Origin: Octopus sinensis
Lineage: Eukaryota
Length of the DNA stretch: 49,001 nucleotides
Assembly: GCF_006345805.1 (NCBI RefSeq)
Contig: NW_021836865.1
Span: 1-49,001, forward strand
Direction of reading: 5' to 3'
Part shown: in pieces, positions 35,768-47,131 of the stretch
How positions within the stretch are numbered: the stretch's first letter is position 1
How the letters are laid out: each line of letters opens with the position of its first letter
Made by a program: the position numbers and the translations under genes
Notes under the pieces: generated by a model
What the model was told of the DNA's origin: nothing
The model's database searches: none
The model's input: the letters and a program-made list of their open reading frames with translations, nothing else

Positions 35768-36095
35768 ATGGCTCAGTGGTTAGAGCGTCGAGCTTACGAT
35801 CGTGAGGTTGTAAGCTTGAATCACGGACCGGGCTGCGTGTTGTGTTCTTGAGCAAGACACTTTATTTCACGTTGCTCCAGTTGACTCAGCTGTAGAAATG
35901 AGTTGCGACGTCACTGGTGCCAAGCTGTATCGGCCTTTGCCTTTCCTTTGGATAACACTGGTGGCATGGAGAGGGGAGGCTGGTATGCATGGGCGACTGC
36001 TGGTCTTCCATGAACCACCTTGCCCAGACTTGTGACTAGGAGGGTAACATTCTAGGTGCAATCCCATGGTCAATGTCATGACCGAAGGGGGTCCC
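35768..36095 (+). mobile_element. tRNA-type SINE family D
   Basis: A-box-like TGGCTCAGTGG, B-box-like region and central TGTGTTCTTGAGCAAGACACTT..TTGCTCCAG domain. Confidence 0.8.
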
Positions 36096-36127
36096 AATAT
36101 ATATATATATATATTATGTTTTCATCT

Positions 36128-36240
36128 TTTATCTTTTACTTGTTTTGCCAAACTGCTAAGTTATGGGGATGTAAACACCAACACCTGTTGTCAAGTATTG
36201 GTGGGAGACAAACACAGATGCAAAGTCACACTCACACACG
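36128..36240 (-). mobile_element. SINE family A fragment with CpG decay
   Basis: GCCAAACTGCTAAGTTATGGGGATGTAAACAC versus GCCGAACCGCTAAGTTACGGGGACGTAAACAC at about 7198. Confidence 0.8.
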
Positions 36241-36264
36241 TTTGTGTGTGTGTGTGTGTATATA

Positions 36265-37062
36265 TCAGGTCATTAAGAATGGAATGTCTGATTTTGAACT
36301 AAGAGTTTATTTTATTTTATCTCAACAAAAAGCAATGCAGTTAATCAAAGTATGCACCTAAATTATCAACACAATTTTGCCATTTTATCAGTAATTTATT
36401 TATGCCAGCAGCAAAGAATTCTGGAGAGCAAGTGGTGATGAAATCATGAAAGTCTGTTTTTGCATCTTCTACAGATTTGAAGTTTTTTCCTTCCAAAAAG
36501 TTGTCTAATGCCTGGTACCGTGATAGTCAGTTGGTGCAAGGTCTGGGGAATATGATGAATGACAAAGTACTTCCAAGTTCAGTTCTTGTAACATGAGTAG
36601 CGTTCTTTGTGCAACATGTGGCTGAGCATTGTCTTGCAAGAGAATTAGCCTATCTCTGTTGACCAATCTCGGTTGTTTAATTGCAAGCTCCCTCGTTATT
36701 TCATCCAACTGGTTGATGTATACATCTGCTGTAATTGACTTACCAGGTCTCATGAAGCTGTTGTGGATGACACTAGCACTGGACCACCAAACAGAGATCA
36801 TTAGCTTTTTTTGGATTGTGTTTTGATACTTCATCTCTATCTAGCTACCATGCAGAACTCATGTTATTGTTGAAAAGAATCCATTTTTCATCACACGTAA
36901 CTATACGATGCAAAAATGGTTCGCTTTTATGCTGTGACAGCAAAGAACAGCAAGTTTCAAGACGATGTGTCATTTAATGCTTGTTCAATTCCTGTGGTAC
37001 CCACTTATCCAGCTTCTTTATTGTGCCGATTTATTTCAGATGGTCCAATATAGTTGGAATCA
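36265..37062 (-). mobile_element. Mariner transposase remnant (catalytic C-terminal half plus 3' end)
   Basis: LDKWVPQEL, IVTCDEKWI, LLQDNAQPH, YSPDLAPTDYH and KWQNCVDNLGAYFD*. Confidence 0.93.
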
Positions 37063-37407
37063 AAATATCAAACCTTACTGCTAAGTTACACATAGTTTGA
37101 GGTGTTTCCGCTTCCACTACATGTTCTAGCTCATCTCCTTGGTCTCAGGTCTGCCACAGGGATGATTTTCAAGAGTAAAGTCACCAGACCAAAACTTAAG
37201 CTATCAACGTACAGTATGCTCATTCACCACATCTTCATGAAACACCTCATTGATGTTTCAAGCGCTATCTGGGATGCATTGGCTCCATGATGGAACTCAT
37301 ATTCATAAACAACATGAATGGGTTCACAAAAATTGATTTACAAGAGCAAACTCACAATGTAATCGGACACCATGAATTGCATTTCAAAAAGTGATGATGT
37401 AACTCTT

Positions 37408-37917
37408 CATTATCATCATCATCATCACCATTTAGCGTCCACTTTCCATGCTAGCATGGGTTGGACGGTTCAACTGGGGTCTGTGAAGCCAGAAGGCTGC
37501 ATCAGGCCCAGTCTGATCTGGCAGTGTTTCTACGGCTGGATGCCCTTCCTAACGCCAACCACTCCGTGAGTGTAGTGGGTGCTTTTTACGTGCCACCTGC
37601 ACAGGTGCCAGACGGAGCTGGCAAACGGCCACGGACAGATGGTGCTTTTTACGTGCCACCATCATGGGGGCCAGGCGAGGCTGGCAATGAACACGAACGG
37701 ATGGTGCTTTTACGTGCCACCGGCACGGGGACCAAACGAGGCTGGCGACGGACACAAGCGGATGGTGCTTTCGGCACGGGGGCCAGGCGAGGCTGGCAAC
37801 GAACACGAACGGATGGTGCTTTTACGTGCCACTAGCACGGGGGCCAAGCGAGGCTGGTGACGGACACGAGCGGATGGTGCTTTCGGCATGGGGGCCAGGC
37901 GAAGCTGGCAACGGACC
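37408..37917 (-). mobile_element. RTE 3'-end element with an expanded array of about 60-bp units
   Basis: Same tail as 33156-33452, with six GGTGCTTT-initiated units at 37578-37917. Confidence 0.9.
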
Positions 37918-38034
37918 AATGTTGTAAAACAAAGAATTGTCAAGATAAACCATTAGAGTTAACCTACTGCCAAACTTGGTGCATAAGAAAATTGGACATT
38001 TCATTCTTAATGACCCGATATATATGTATATATG

Positions 38035-38147
38035 CTCTTTCAGTATCCATTTGCCAAATTCACTCACGAGGTTTTGGTTAGCCTCAGGCTATAGTAGAAG
38101 ACACTTGCCCAAGGTGCCACACAGAGGAACTCAATCCAGAACTATGA
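38035..38147 (-). mobile_element. SINE family A fragment
   Basis: GGCTATAGTAGAAGACACTTGCCCAAGGTGCCACAC. Confidence 0.8.
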
Positions 38148-38866
38148 ATAAATATGCAAGTATATTACTGTCTCCTTGCCTTGATACCATGTGATAGCTG
38201 TAAAAGAGTGTCACCATCATCAGTGATCTTCATTTCCAATTTTCTGTGAAAACATGTCTGATCATGTGGGAATATTACCTTGCTTGGAGACAGGTGAGGG
38301 ATGGTCACAAGAAGGGCATCCAAACATAGAGTATCCATCTCAAAGAAAATTTCTTCCAAACCATGTGAGCATGAAAAAGTGGATGTTAAACTGATGATGA
38401 AAGAATACCTAGTAAAGTGAATGATGCTAAGAAGAGCACCTAGTGATATTGCAAAAGACAGTAAGCATCAAAAGACAGTAACCAAAACCCAAGGACATTA
38501 ATCAAACCATTGCTGCCAGCTGTGAAAGAATGTCCACCAGACACTATCTTCCAGTGAAGCTTATTCAATCATACTTATCCAACACACGCACACACACACA
38601 TATGTGGTGATATATAGCTTTTAAGTTCAACAAACTGTCACCATGACAGCAGTAACATTTAATGTCATTATCTATAAACATTCCTTTGATTTCCATGATT
38701 TCAATGAATCTGTCATTATAAATACGATTGTCTTTCTAACACTAAAAACTAAAGTCTAAAAACCTGCCGTAAATTGAGTAAAGTACATTTAACAAAAAGA
38801 AGAAGAAAAACCCCCAAAAAACTGATAGCATTAGAAATGATTCTACAAGGAGTTTAGTATGAAAGT

Positions 38867-39252
38867 GGAGGCGCAATGGCCCAGTGGTTAGGGCAGCGGA
38901 CTCGCGGTCATAGGATCGCGGTTTCGATTCCCAGACCGGGCGTTGTGAGTGTTTATTGAGCGAAAACACCTAAAAGCTCCACGAGGCTCCGGCAGGGGAT
39001 GGTGGTGATCCCTGCTGTACTCTTTCACCACAACTTTCTCTCTTACTTCCTGTTTCTGTTGTACCTGTATTTCAAGGGGCCGGCCTTGTCACTCTCTGTG
39101 TCACGCTGAATATCCCCGAGAACTACGTTAAGGGTACACGTGTCTGTGGAGTGCTCAGCCACTTACATGTTAATTTCACGAGTAGGCTGTTCCGTTGATT
39201 CGGATCAACTGGAACCCCCATCGTCGTAACCGACGGAGTGCTTCCATCCATC
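38867..39252 (+). mobile_element. tRNA-derived SINE family C, young and full length, with an 11-bp TSD
   Basis: Head GGAGGCGCAATGGCCCAGTGGTTAGGGCAGCGGACTCGCGGTC..GGTTTCGATTCC (A and B boxes). TSD AGTATGAAAGT at 38856-38866 and 39253-39263. Confidence 0.93.
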
Positions 39253-39529
39253 AGTATGAAAGTAAATTTCCATCCAACACAGTTCTCAACCCCTTCCTGT
39301 TTATTTTACTTCTTCAGGCAATTACAGAATAGTCTAACCATTTCATTACCATATTTCTAATGAAATGCACTACCTTCATTTAAATTAATTAAGAAAATAA
39401 TGACGAATTTAGTAAAACAACTGTCATCATGAAGCTGGCATTTGGAACATAGATTTAATTGAAATTTTGACAAACTGTTTTAATTTAGATTACTCTAAAT
39501 TTTGATGAATGGTTTTAAGATTATTTTAT

Positions 39530-39762
39530 ATTTCTTTATTGTCCACAAGGGGCTAAACGTAGAAGGGACAAACAAGGACAGACAAAGGGATTAAGTTGAT
39601 TACATCGACCCCAGTGCGAAACTAGTACTTTATTTATCGACCCCGAAAGGATGAAAGGCCAAGTCAACCTCAGCGGAATTTGAACTCAGAACGTAACGAC
39701 AGACGAAATACCGCTAAGCATTTCGCCCGGCACGCTATCGTTTCTGCCAGCTCGCCGCCCTT
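39530..39762 (-). mobile_element. SINE family B, full length
   Basis: Reverse complement of the 48696-48931 copy. Confidence 0.92.
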
Positions 39763-39789
39763 CAGATTATTTTAAATTAGGAATTCTGT

Positions 39790-40688
39790 ATCATCAGACA
39801 AGGTGATCTAAGGTAATGTTGCAGTAGATCTCTCAATTGGCAGTCTGGCCCTGTGGGACAAATTTTTGATGCACAATACTGTGGATGTTGAAAAAAAAAA
39901 CAATGAGCATGCTTTTGATTGAGCTTCAGCTCTGTTGTGCCTTCTTTGGTCATGCAGATAGATGATGGACACTTCCATGCTGACAACTGCTGCTTCATCT
40001 CAGGGTCATACCCGTAGACCTAGTTCATGGTACCAGTGATGAACCTTGACATGACGGATGAGTCATCAGTAGCATACTGACAGAGATTCTTGACAAACTT
40101 CAATGCAATGTTCTTTCTGCTCAATGCCCAACAGGCAGGGAACAAACTTGGCAGAGACACACCACATGTTCAATTCAGACATTAGTATTACCTGCACAGA
40201 CCGATACGGCTGACCAACAACATCAGCAATGTCATAGAGTGTCCTCTGACAATCCGCATGCACAAGCTGAGGAATTTCCTATACATTTCCTGGGGTGGCG
40301 GGTCTTCCAGATCGCTCGTCATCTTCCAGGGACGTTCTTTCATTTTTGAAGCACTCATGCCACTTGAAACATTGCGTACGACCCATTGCCTCATTGCTGC
40401 AAGCTTGCTGAAATATGCTCAATGTCTCTGTAGCAGACTTCCCAAGTTCAACACAAAATTTCACATTGGCTCTTTGTTCCAACTTCCTGTCCATGACAAA
40501 ATGGCAGACTACAGCATACACATGATCACAAAAACACAAATTTAACACCTTGCTAAGTAAACACAGTTTTGTCATTTGGCACACTGCCTCATGAAGGTCA
40601 CTGCTAGCTCTTACTGTACATGCAACCATGTACTGCCATCTGTTGGTGCACTAGAGAACTAGTTCAGGAACTTTTTGATACCACCTCA
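39790..40688 (-). mobile_element. Mariner remnant (5' TIR plus N-terminal two-thirds of the transposase)
   Basis: MDRKLEQRANVKFCVELGKSATETL..FKNERTSLEDDERSGRP and SAKFVPCLL. TIR GAACTTTTTGATACCACCTC + TA. Confidence 0.92.
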
Positions 40689-40791
40689 TATATTATATAT
40701 ATATATATAATTAAATTAAAATACTGATCAACATCAATTTTTAAACCAGTGGTCTAATATATTAAAAACAAATCCGAAGATTTAAAAATTA

Positions 40792-41007
40792 TATTACAAT
40801 TAATAAGAGGAATAACCACTAAAGTGGAATCCTGTACACTAGAAATAGACGTCAAATCGCCTTCCCACAAAAGAGTGTATTTTTTACATTTTGGCGTTTG
40901 CTGGGTTTTTTCTTGAGAACACACTCTCTTGTGGTAAGGCGATTTGACGTCTATTTCTAGCATATAGGAATCCACTTTAGTGGTCATTCCTCTTATTAAT
41001 TGTAATA
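40792..41007. mobile_element. MITE-like fold-back with 87-bp arms, 42-bp spacer and TA termini
   Basis: 40792-40878 versus the reverse complement of 40921-41007 gives about 7 mismatches. Confidence 0.88.
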
Positions 41008-41394
41008 GATATATATATATAAGCAATTTGAATAAAATGAGCAGCACATTTAACAGAGTAATCTGAATACTAAGGGGTTAAAGAAGATTTGATGTATGAA
41101 AGCCTAGAAAGTAGACTGAACTGAACTCCATAGTCTTCTAGGAAGTGTCCTAGCTCAGTATGTTGAAAAACAGTTGGGAGGAATTATGTATTGTGTATTT
41201 AATGTAAATTGTGTATACATAAGAAGTATAGTAGAATCTGAGGCAGGCTGGTGGAATAAGGAATCTTGGATCATAGTTTCATGGTGTGTGCTGTTAGCAT
41301 GATGTAGCTGTGATATGTGGTGGTAACATCATTTTGTTCTACCTTTCATATAGAAGGAATCTTTTTGTTACAAGACGATAATTGTTACAAGACG

Positions 41395-41876
41395 ATAATT
41401 CGCATTATCAGTTTGGAACCCCTCTCTTGCTCAGAACATTGACCTCCTGGAATCTGTCCAGAGACGTGCAACCAAACGCATACCCTCCATCAGACACCTA
41501 CCATATTCTGAGCGCCTTGTTTCCCTGGGCATGGATTCACTGAAGCTCTGGCGTCTGGCGACGGACTTGGTAAACACCCACAAAGTTATCAACCACCTCA
41601 CCAACAACAACACTGAACACCTTTTTGATCTCCATGTGTCTAACACACGTGGACATGCCTACAAAGTCAGAAAACAACACAGCTCCCATGACTTTCGGAA
41701 ACATCTTTTGAAGCTCAGAGTTGCTGAAGCATGGAATAAACTGCCTGCGTCAGTTGTTGACTGCCATGACACTGCATCCTTTAAGGCCCTCATGCTTTCC
41801 GAAATCTGCCGAAACTACACCTGATTATATATACACTTTAGATGAGTTGTAGTGCACCTGAGCACTGTACATAATG

Positions 41877-41913
<37 letters not shown>
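41395..41913 (+). mobile_element. CR1-clade LINE 3' end with an (ATT)n tail
   Basis: SVWNP..IDLLESVQRRATKRIP..PYSERLVSLGMDSL..NTRGHAYK..VAEAWNKLP, stop at 41824. Confidence 0.92.
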
Positions 41914-41915
<2 letters not shown>

Positions 41916-42074
41916 GAGTGGTAACAGGTCCCTGAACCTTTTCTACCACATTCTTACTTCTTACTCTGGTTACTAAGCTCATGGAATATCCCTTGCCACA
42001 CCCATCCATATGCACAAATGTTGGTTACTGTGTCAGTGTGCGCAAGTGTATGCTGTTGATGGTATATACATATA

Positions 42075-42119
<45 letters not shown>

Positions 42120-42175
42120 GAATGGAGCTGAATGACAAATTAACAAAATTCCTTTATTTTCGACATTCAACTACT

Positions 42176-42209
<34 letters not shown>

Positions 42210-42523
42210 GTAAGACAAGGCATAAATAAAGGTCATTACATACTTTTTTTTATTGTTTTAGTATAATTAAGAAATGTTTATAATGGCCATTATTTATGCC
42301 TTATCTTGTATGTCAATCACTGTGTAAAAACCAGTATAGATCACAACCATGGATTTACAATACAGAATGGTGATGACCTATTGCCTTGGACCCTGCTACA
42401 ATATATGTGGAGTTCTTTACTAATCTAAACATTATTATCAGCTCACTGTACCAACAGAGTTTCTGAAGGATTTTGCATGGATTGGTAATCCCTCACTAAT
42501 AACTTATATGTGTGTGTGTGTGC

Positions 42524-42798
42524 TGTTGCCAGCTTCATCTGGTCCCCGTGCCGGTGGCACGTAAAAAGCACCATCCGATCGTGGCCATCTGCCAGCCTCG
42601 ACTGGCACCTGTGCCGGTGGCACGTAAAATGCACCCACTACACTCACGGAGTGGTTGGCGTTAGGAAGGGCATCCAGCCGTAGAAACACTGCCAGATCAG
42701 ACTGGGCCTGGTGCAGCCTTCTGGCTTCCCAAACCCCAGTTGAACCGTCCAACCCATGCTAGCATGGAAAGCGGACGTTAAATGATGATGATGATGAT
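42524..42798 (+). mobile_element. RTE 3'-end element with a (GAT)n tail
   Basis: Same family as 33156-33452 and 37408-37917, in the opposite orientation. Confidence 0.9.
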
Positions 42799-43199
42799 AT
42801 ATATATATGTGTGTACACACATATATATGCTCACATATACACATGCATTCTTGAATACTTAACCCTTTTGATACCTAAGTGCACAAGACTGCCTTTTATA
42901 TAGAAGAGTTACAGAAAGAGTTCAAGTGAAACAGGTTCATTGTAATGCTTGGTGTAATTTATATAAGTAGTTGAAGGTTTTCATTACTGGATGACCTCAT
43001 TAGCAATTGTGTGTGTTGGGAGTGGGGTAAACATTCCATAAGCTAAGTAACCAGAGTAAGAATGAGGTAGAAAAAATTCAGAGAGCTGTCATCACTATGG
43101 TAACAAAAGGATCTTTTCTATGTGAAAGGTAGAATAGTCCGATGTTTATTGTGCTAAAGTTTGATGTTGCACAGTAATGGTATGTGGGTATTTCATTAC

Positions 43200-43610
43200 T
43201 GTAATCAAATGTGAACACAGAGAATGTTTAACAATCAGGAAGAAATTTCTTGGGCATGCCTGACTGGATGTGTAATCTGTAATGTGGATGAGTGTCAGAG
43301 AACAAATGAACTAGGGATAGAAATATCTGGGTATAACAAGAATCAGATGTAGTGAACAACAGAGAATACTGAAATGGTTTCAGGAGAGACATATGACTCA
43401 TATGGATGATGGAAGTTGAGTAAAGAAGTGCCAAGTGATCCTAATGAACGGAAGGAACATCTAAATGAGGAAGACAAAGAGACACCAAAGAGAAATGATA
43501 ATATCTTAAGAGATTAAAATTTACAAGGGAGATGATTGAGGAACACGATAAGCAGGAAAGCATCATAATGAAAACTTGTCTCATCCATGCGAACATGGAA
43601 ATTAATGATA
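43200..43610 (+). pseudogene. Old RTE 3' end
   Basis: LKWF..HMTHMDDGS*VKKC-like translation and a CATCCATGCGAACATGGAAA tail motif. Confidence 0.55.
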
Positions 43611-43654
43611 TCAAATATACATGTATGTATGTTATAACATATATGTTATGTCAG

Positions 43655-44200
43655 GTCACTTTCGAGTGCTACTGGTAACATGTAACCCAGTACAACCTGT
43701 TGCATGGTCGGGTCGTCGGCGACTAAACCGGCAACCCTACCAAGCTTGCTTGGTGAGGAGGGTGTTTATTGGACACCCTGCAGGATGAAAAATAAAACCC
43801 GTCAAAGGGCGGAGGAACTCTTGAGAGTCAACGGCCATCCAATAAATGTCTTAAGGATGTATCATGCACGGGGACATAAAAATAATCGGACTGAATACCC
43901 GATCGTGCAGTTAAACCATTGGGAGTGAAGGACTCCTAGCCTTTGTTAGGGAATCCTTCTAAGAGAAGGTAACTCAGGTAACTGGGATAACTCTGACATA
44001 AAACCTGCGGCTCAGTGGTTACCGATGATGTTGACTTGTTTTTCTTTTCAGATTACGGCTGCTGTTGCTTAGTGAGTGGGATTGACTCAGTGCACAGCCT
44101 TTCCTCACTTCAAAAAAAAATCTTCTTGCACAGGCATTGCATGATAACAACATTGATTAAGCTTCGTTCAATGGCCATACTCGATAACGAGGGGCAACAA
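43655..44200 (+). mobile_element. Unclassified non-coding element between TA/TATG tracts, possibly RTE 5'-UTR-like
   Basis: GC- and CpG-richer island; AGAGAAGGTAACTC..ATAAAACCT recalls RTE 5' UTR motifs. Confidence 0.4.
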
Positions 44201-44277
44201 CCATGTATGTATATATATATGTATGTATGTATGTGTGTGTGTGTGTGTCTGTCTGTTTCTATATATATATATATGTA

Positions 44278-44630
44278 TTTTGTTTCAGTCATTAGATTGC
44301 ATCCATGCTGGGGTACTTACTGCCTTGAAGGCTTTAGTTGAAATATTTGAGCACAGTACTTTTCTTTTTTTATGTATGGGAATTATTCTGTTGGTGTCTT
44401 GTGGGGAACTACTAAATGATTGGGACATAAACAAACCAACACCATTTCTCAAGTAGTGGGTGGGACACACACATATACGATGGACTTCCAGAAAATATTC
44501 ATTTCCCAAATTTACTCACAATTCATTGATCTCATTATGGCTATTGTAGAAGACACTAGGCCCAAGATACTGTGATTTGAGACAACTCAAAATCACATGG
44601 CTGCAAACTCAGTTTCCTAACCATATAACC
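44278..44630 (-). mobile_element. SINE family A variant, degraded
   Basis: TTGTTTCAGTCATTAGATTGCATCCATGCTGG..GGCTATTGTAGAAGACACT.GCCCAAGA. Confidence 0.65.
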
Positions 44631-44679
44631 ATATGTATGTAGTTATGTATGTATGTATATGTATGTATGTGGATATATG

Positions 44680-44715
<36 letters not shown>

Positions 44716-44716
<1 letters not shown>

Positions 44717-46572
44717 TGCAAGAGAAATACCTAGCCAAAGATAAACCTGGCTTTTGTTGACATGGAGAAAGCCTTGACAGGGTCCCCCGATCCCTTATCT
44801 GATAGACAATGAGGAAACTAGGGATAGATGAATGGTTAGTGAGAGCTGTGCAAGCAATGTACAGGGATGCTGTCAGTAATGTGAGGGTTGGCAACAAGTA
44901 GAGTGAAGAATTCTGAGTAAGGGTAGGGGTCCACCAAGGATCAGTCCTCAGCCCCCTCTTATTCATCATAGTCCTCCAGGCAATAACAGAGGAATTCGAG
45001 ACAAGATGCCCCTGAGAGCTCCTCTATGCTGATGACCTTGCTGTAATAGCTGAGTCACTATCAGAACTAGAAGAAAAGTTTCAGGTGTGGAAGCAAAGAT
45101 TAGAATCAAAGGGCCTTAAAGTCAACCTAGCTAAAACTAAAATCTTAATAAGTAGGAAGGCAGACAAACTACAAATCCCTTCAGGTAGATGGCCCTGCTC
45201 GATCTGTAGAAAAGGCGTAGGTAGAAACTCTATAAGATGTACCCAGTGTAAGCTATGGACACAAAAGAGGTGCAGCAATATCAAAGGGAGGCTAACTGGG
45301 AAGATAGTTTTGTATGTGGCAAATGCTCAGGAGCAATAAACACTGAAAATGTGCCGAGAACAACTACCGCCACATTCCAGGGAGAAAAACTAGAAGTAGT
45401 TGATAGCTTCCATTACCTAGGGGACCAAGTCAGTAGCGGATGAGGGTGCACTGAAAGTGTAGCTGCTAGAATAAGAATAGCTTGGGCAAAGTTCAGAGAG
45501 CTCCCACCTCTGCTGGTGAAAAAGGGCCTCTTGCTCAGAGTAAAAGGTAGACTGTATGGCACATGTGTACAAACAGCCATGCTACATGGCAGTGAAACAT
45601 GGGCCGTGACTGCTGAGGACATGCGTAAGCTTGCAAGGAATGAAGCCAGTATGCTCTGCTGGATGTGTAGTGTCAGTGTGCATACACGACAAGAGTGTAA
45701 GCACCCTGAGAGAAAAGTTGAATTTAAGAAGCATCAGATGTGGTGTTCAAGAGAGACAACTGCGCTGGTATGGTCATGTGTTGTGAATGAATGAGGACAG
45801 CTGTGTGGAAAAGTGTCACACCCTAGCAGTTGAGGGAACCTGTGGAAGAGGTAGACCCAGGAAAACCTTGGATGAGGTGGTGAACCACTACCTTCGAACA
45901 TTGGGCCTTACCAAGGCAATGACTAGTGACCGAGACCTTTGGAGATATGCTGTGCTTGAGAAGACTCAAAAAGCCAAGTGAGACCATAGCCCATGGCCTA
46001 TGCTAGTGGGTGTAACCAGCCTACTTATGAATACCTCTCATCCATTGGACAATAAAATTTGCTTGTGAAGACCTGTTGAGGCAAGTGAAATCAAAAATCA
46101 AAATTGCTGACATGGCCGACGACAGTACCACCTGATTGGCACTTGTATCAGTGGAACATTAAAATCACATCCGAATGTTGGGTGTAACCAGCCCACTTAT
46201 GAGTACCCATCATTCATTGGACAATGAACTTTGCTTGCAAAGACCTATTTTGGCAAGTGTAAACAAATCAAAATCGCTGATGTGGCCAATGACAGTACTG
46301 CCTGATTGGCACTCATCCGAGTGTGGTCATTGCCAGGTTCACAGACTGGCTCCCGTGCAGGCAAGCATGTAAAAACACCTTTTGAGTGTGGTTGTTGCCA
46401 GAACTGCCTAACTGGCCCTTGTGCCGGTGGCACGTAAAAGCACCCACTACACTCTTGGAGTGGTTGGCATTAGGAAGGGCATCCAGCTGTAGAAACTTTG
46501 CCAGATCAGTCCTCAGTCAAAGCGTCCAACCCATGCCAGCATGGAAAGTAGACATTAAACAATGATGATGAT
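44716..46572 (+). mobile_element. 5'-truncated RTE-clade LINE: RT, Cys-rich insert, 3' UTR with a duplication of about 170 bp, and (GAT)n tail
   Basis: FVDMEKA, GVHQGSVLSPLLF, LLYADDL, KGLKVNLAKTK and CSICRKGVGRNSIRCTQCKLW. Stop at 45981; multiple stops and frameshifts upstream. Confidence 0.93.
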
Positions 46573-46774
46573 ATATATATATATATATATATATATTATC
46601 ATTATCATTTAACATCCATCTTCCATGTTGACATGGGTTGGACAATTTAACAGGTGCTGGTAAACCTGGGGACTGTGCCAAGCTCTACTGTCTGCTTTGG
46701 CATGGTGTTAGGGCAGGATACCTTTCCTAAGGCCGACCATTTTATAGAGTGGACTGGGTGCTTTGATATATATT

Positions 46775-47080
46775 ATATATCACTATGACCGACCAGGTTA
46801 TCAGATGTTGCTACACATCGCTGGTCACAATGCGCTTCGCATTGTTTTAGCTTTCAAATGATGCCACCCCACTGGCTAAGCGAGCAGGCCAACAGAAGAA
46901 AGAGTGATAAAAAGTTGTGGCGAAAGTGTACAGCAGGGATCACCGCCACCCCTTGCCGGAGCTTTGTGGAGCTTAAGGTGTTTTCACTCAATAAACACTC
47001 ACAACGTCTGGTATGGGAATCGAAACTGCTATCCTATGACTGCGAGTCCACTGCCCTAACCACTGGGCCATTGCACCTCC
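46775..47080 (-). mobile_element. SINE with a family C head and a different tail
   Basis: About 46895-47080 is the reverse complement of 38867-39040. 46775-46890 is unrelated to the 39045-39252 tail. Confidence 0.82.
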
Positions 47081-47125
<45 letters not shown>

Positions 47126-47131
47126 TACATA

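Noticed and set aside
38867-38945. Possible tRNA gene
   Set aside because: The acceptor and anticodon stems do not pair properly. It is a SINE head followed by a body and flanked by a TSD.
16531-44071. Spliced ORF joining the 16531 ATG exon, the 33-nt exon and the 20-nt exon
   Set aside because: The join stays in frame but resembles no protein I recognise, so it is not reported as a CDS without transcript data.
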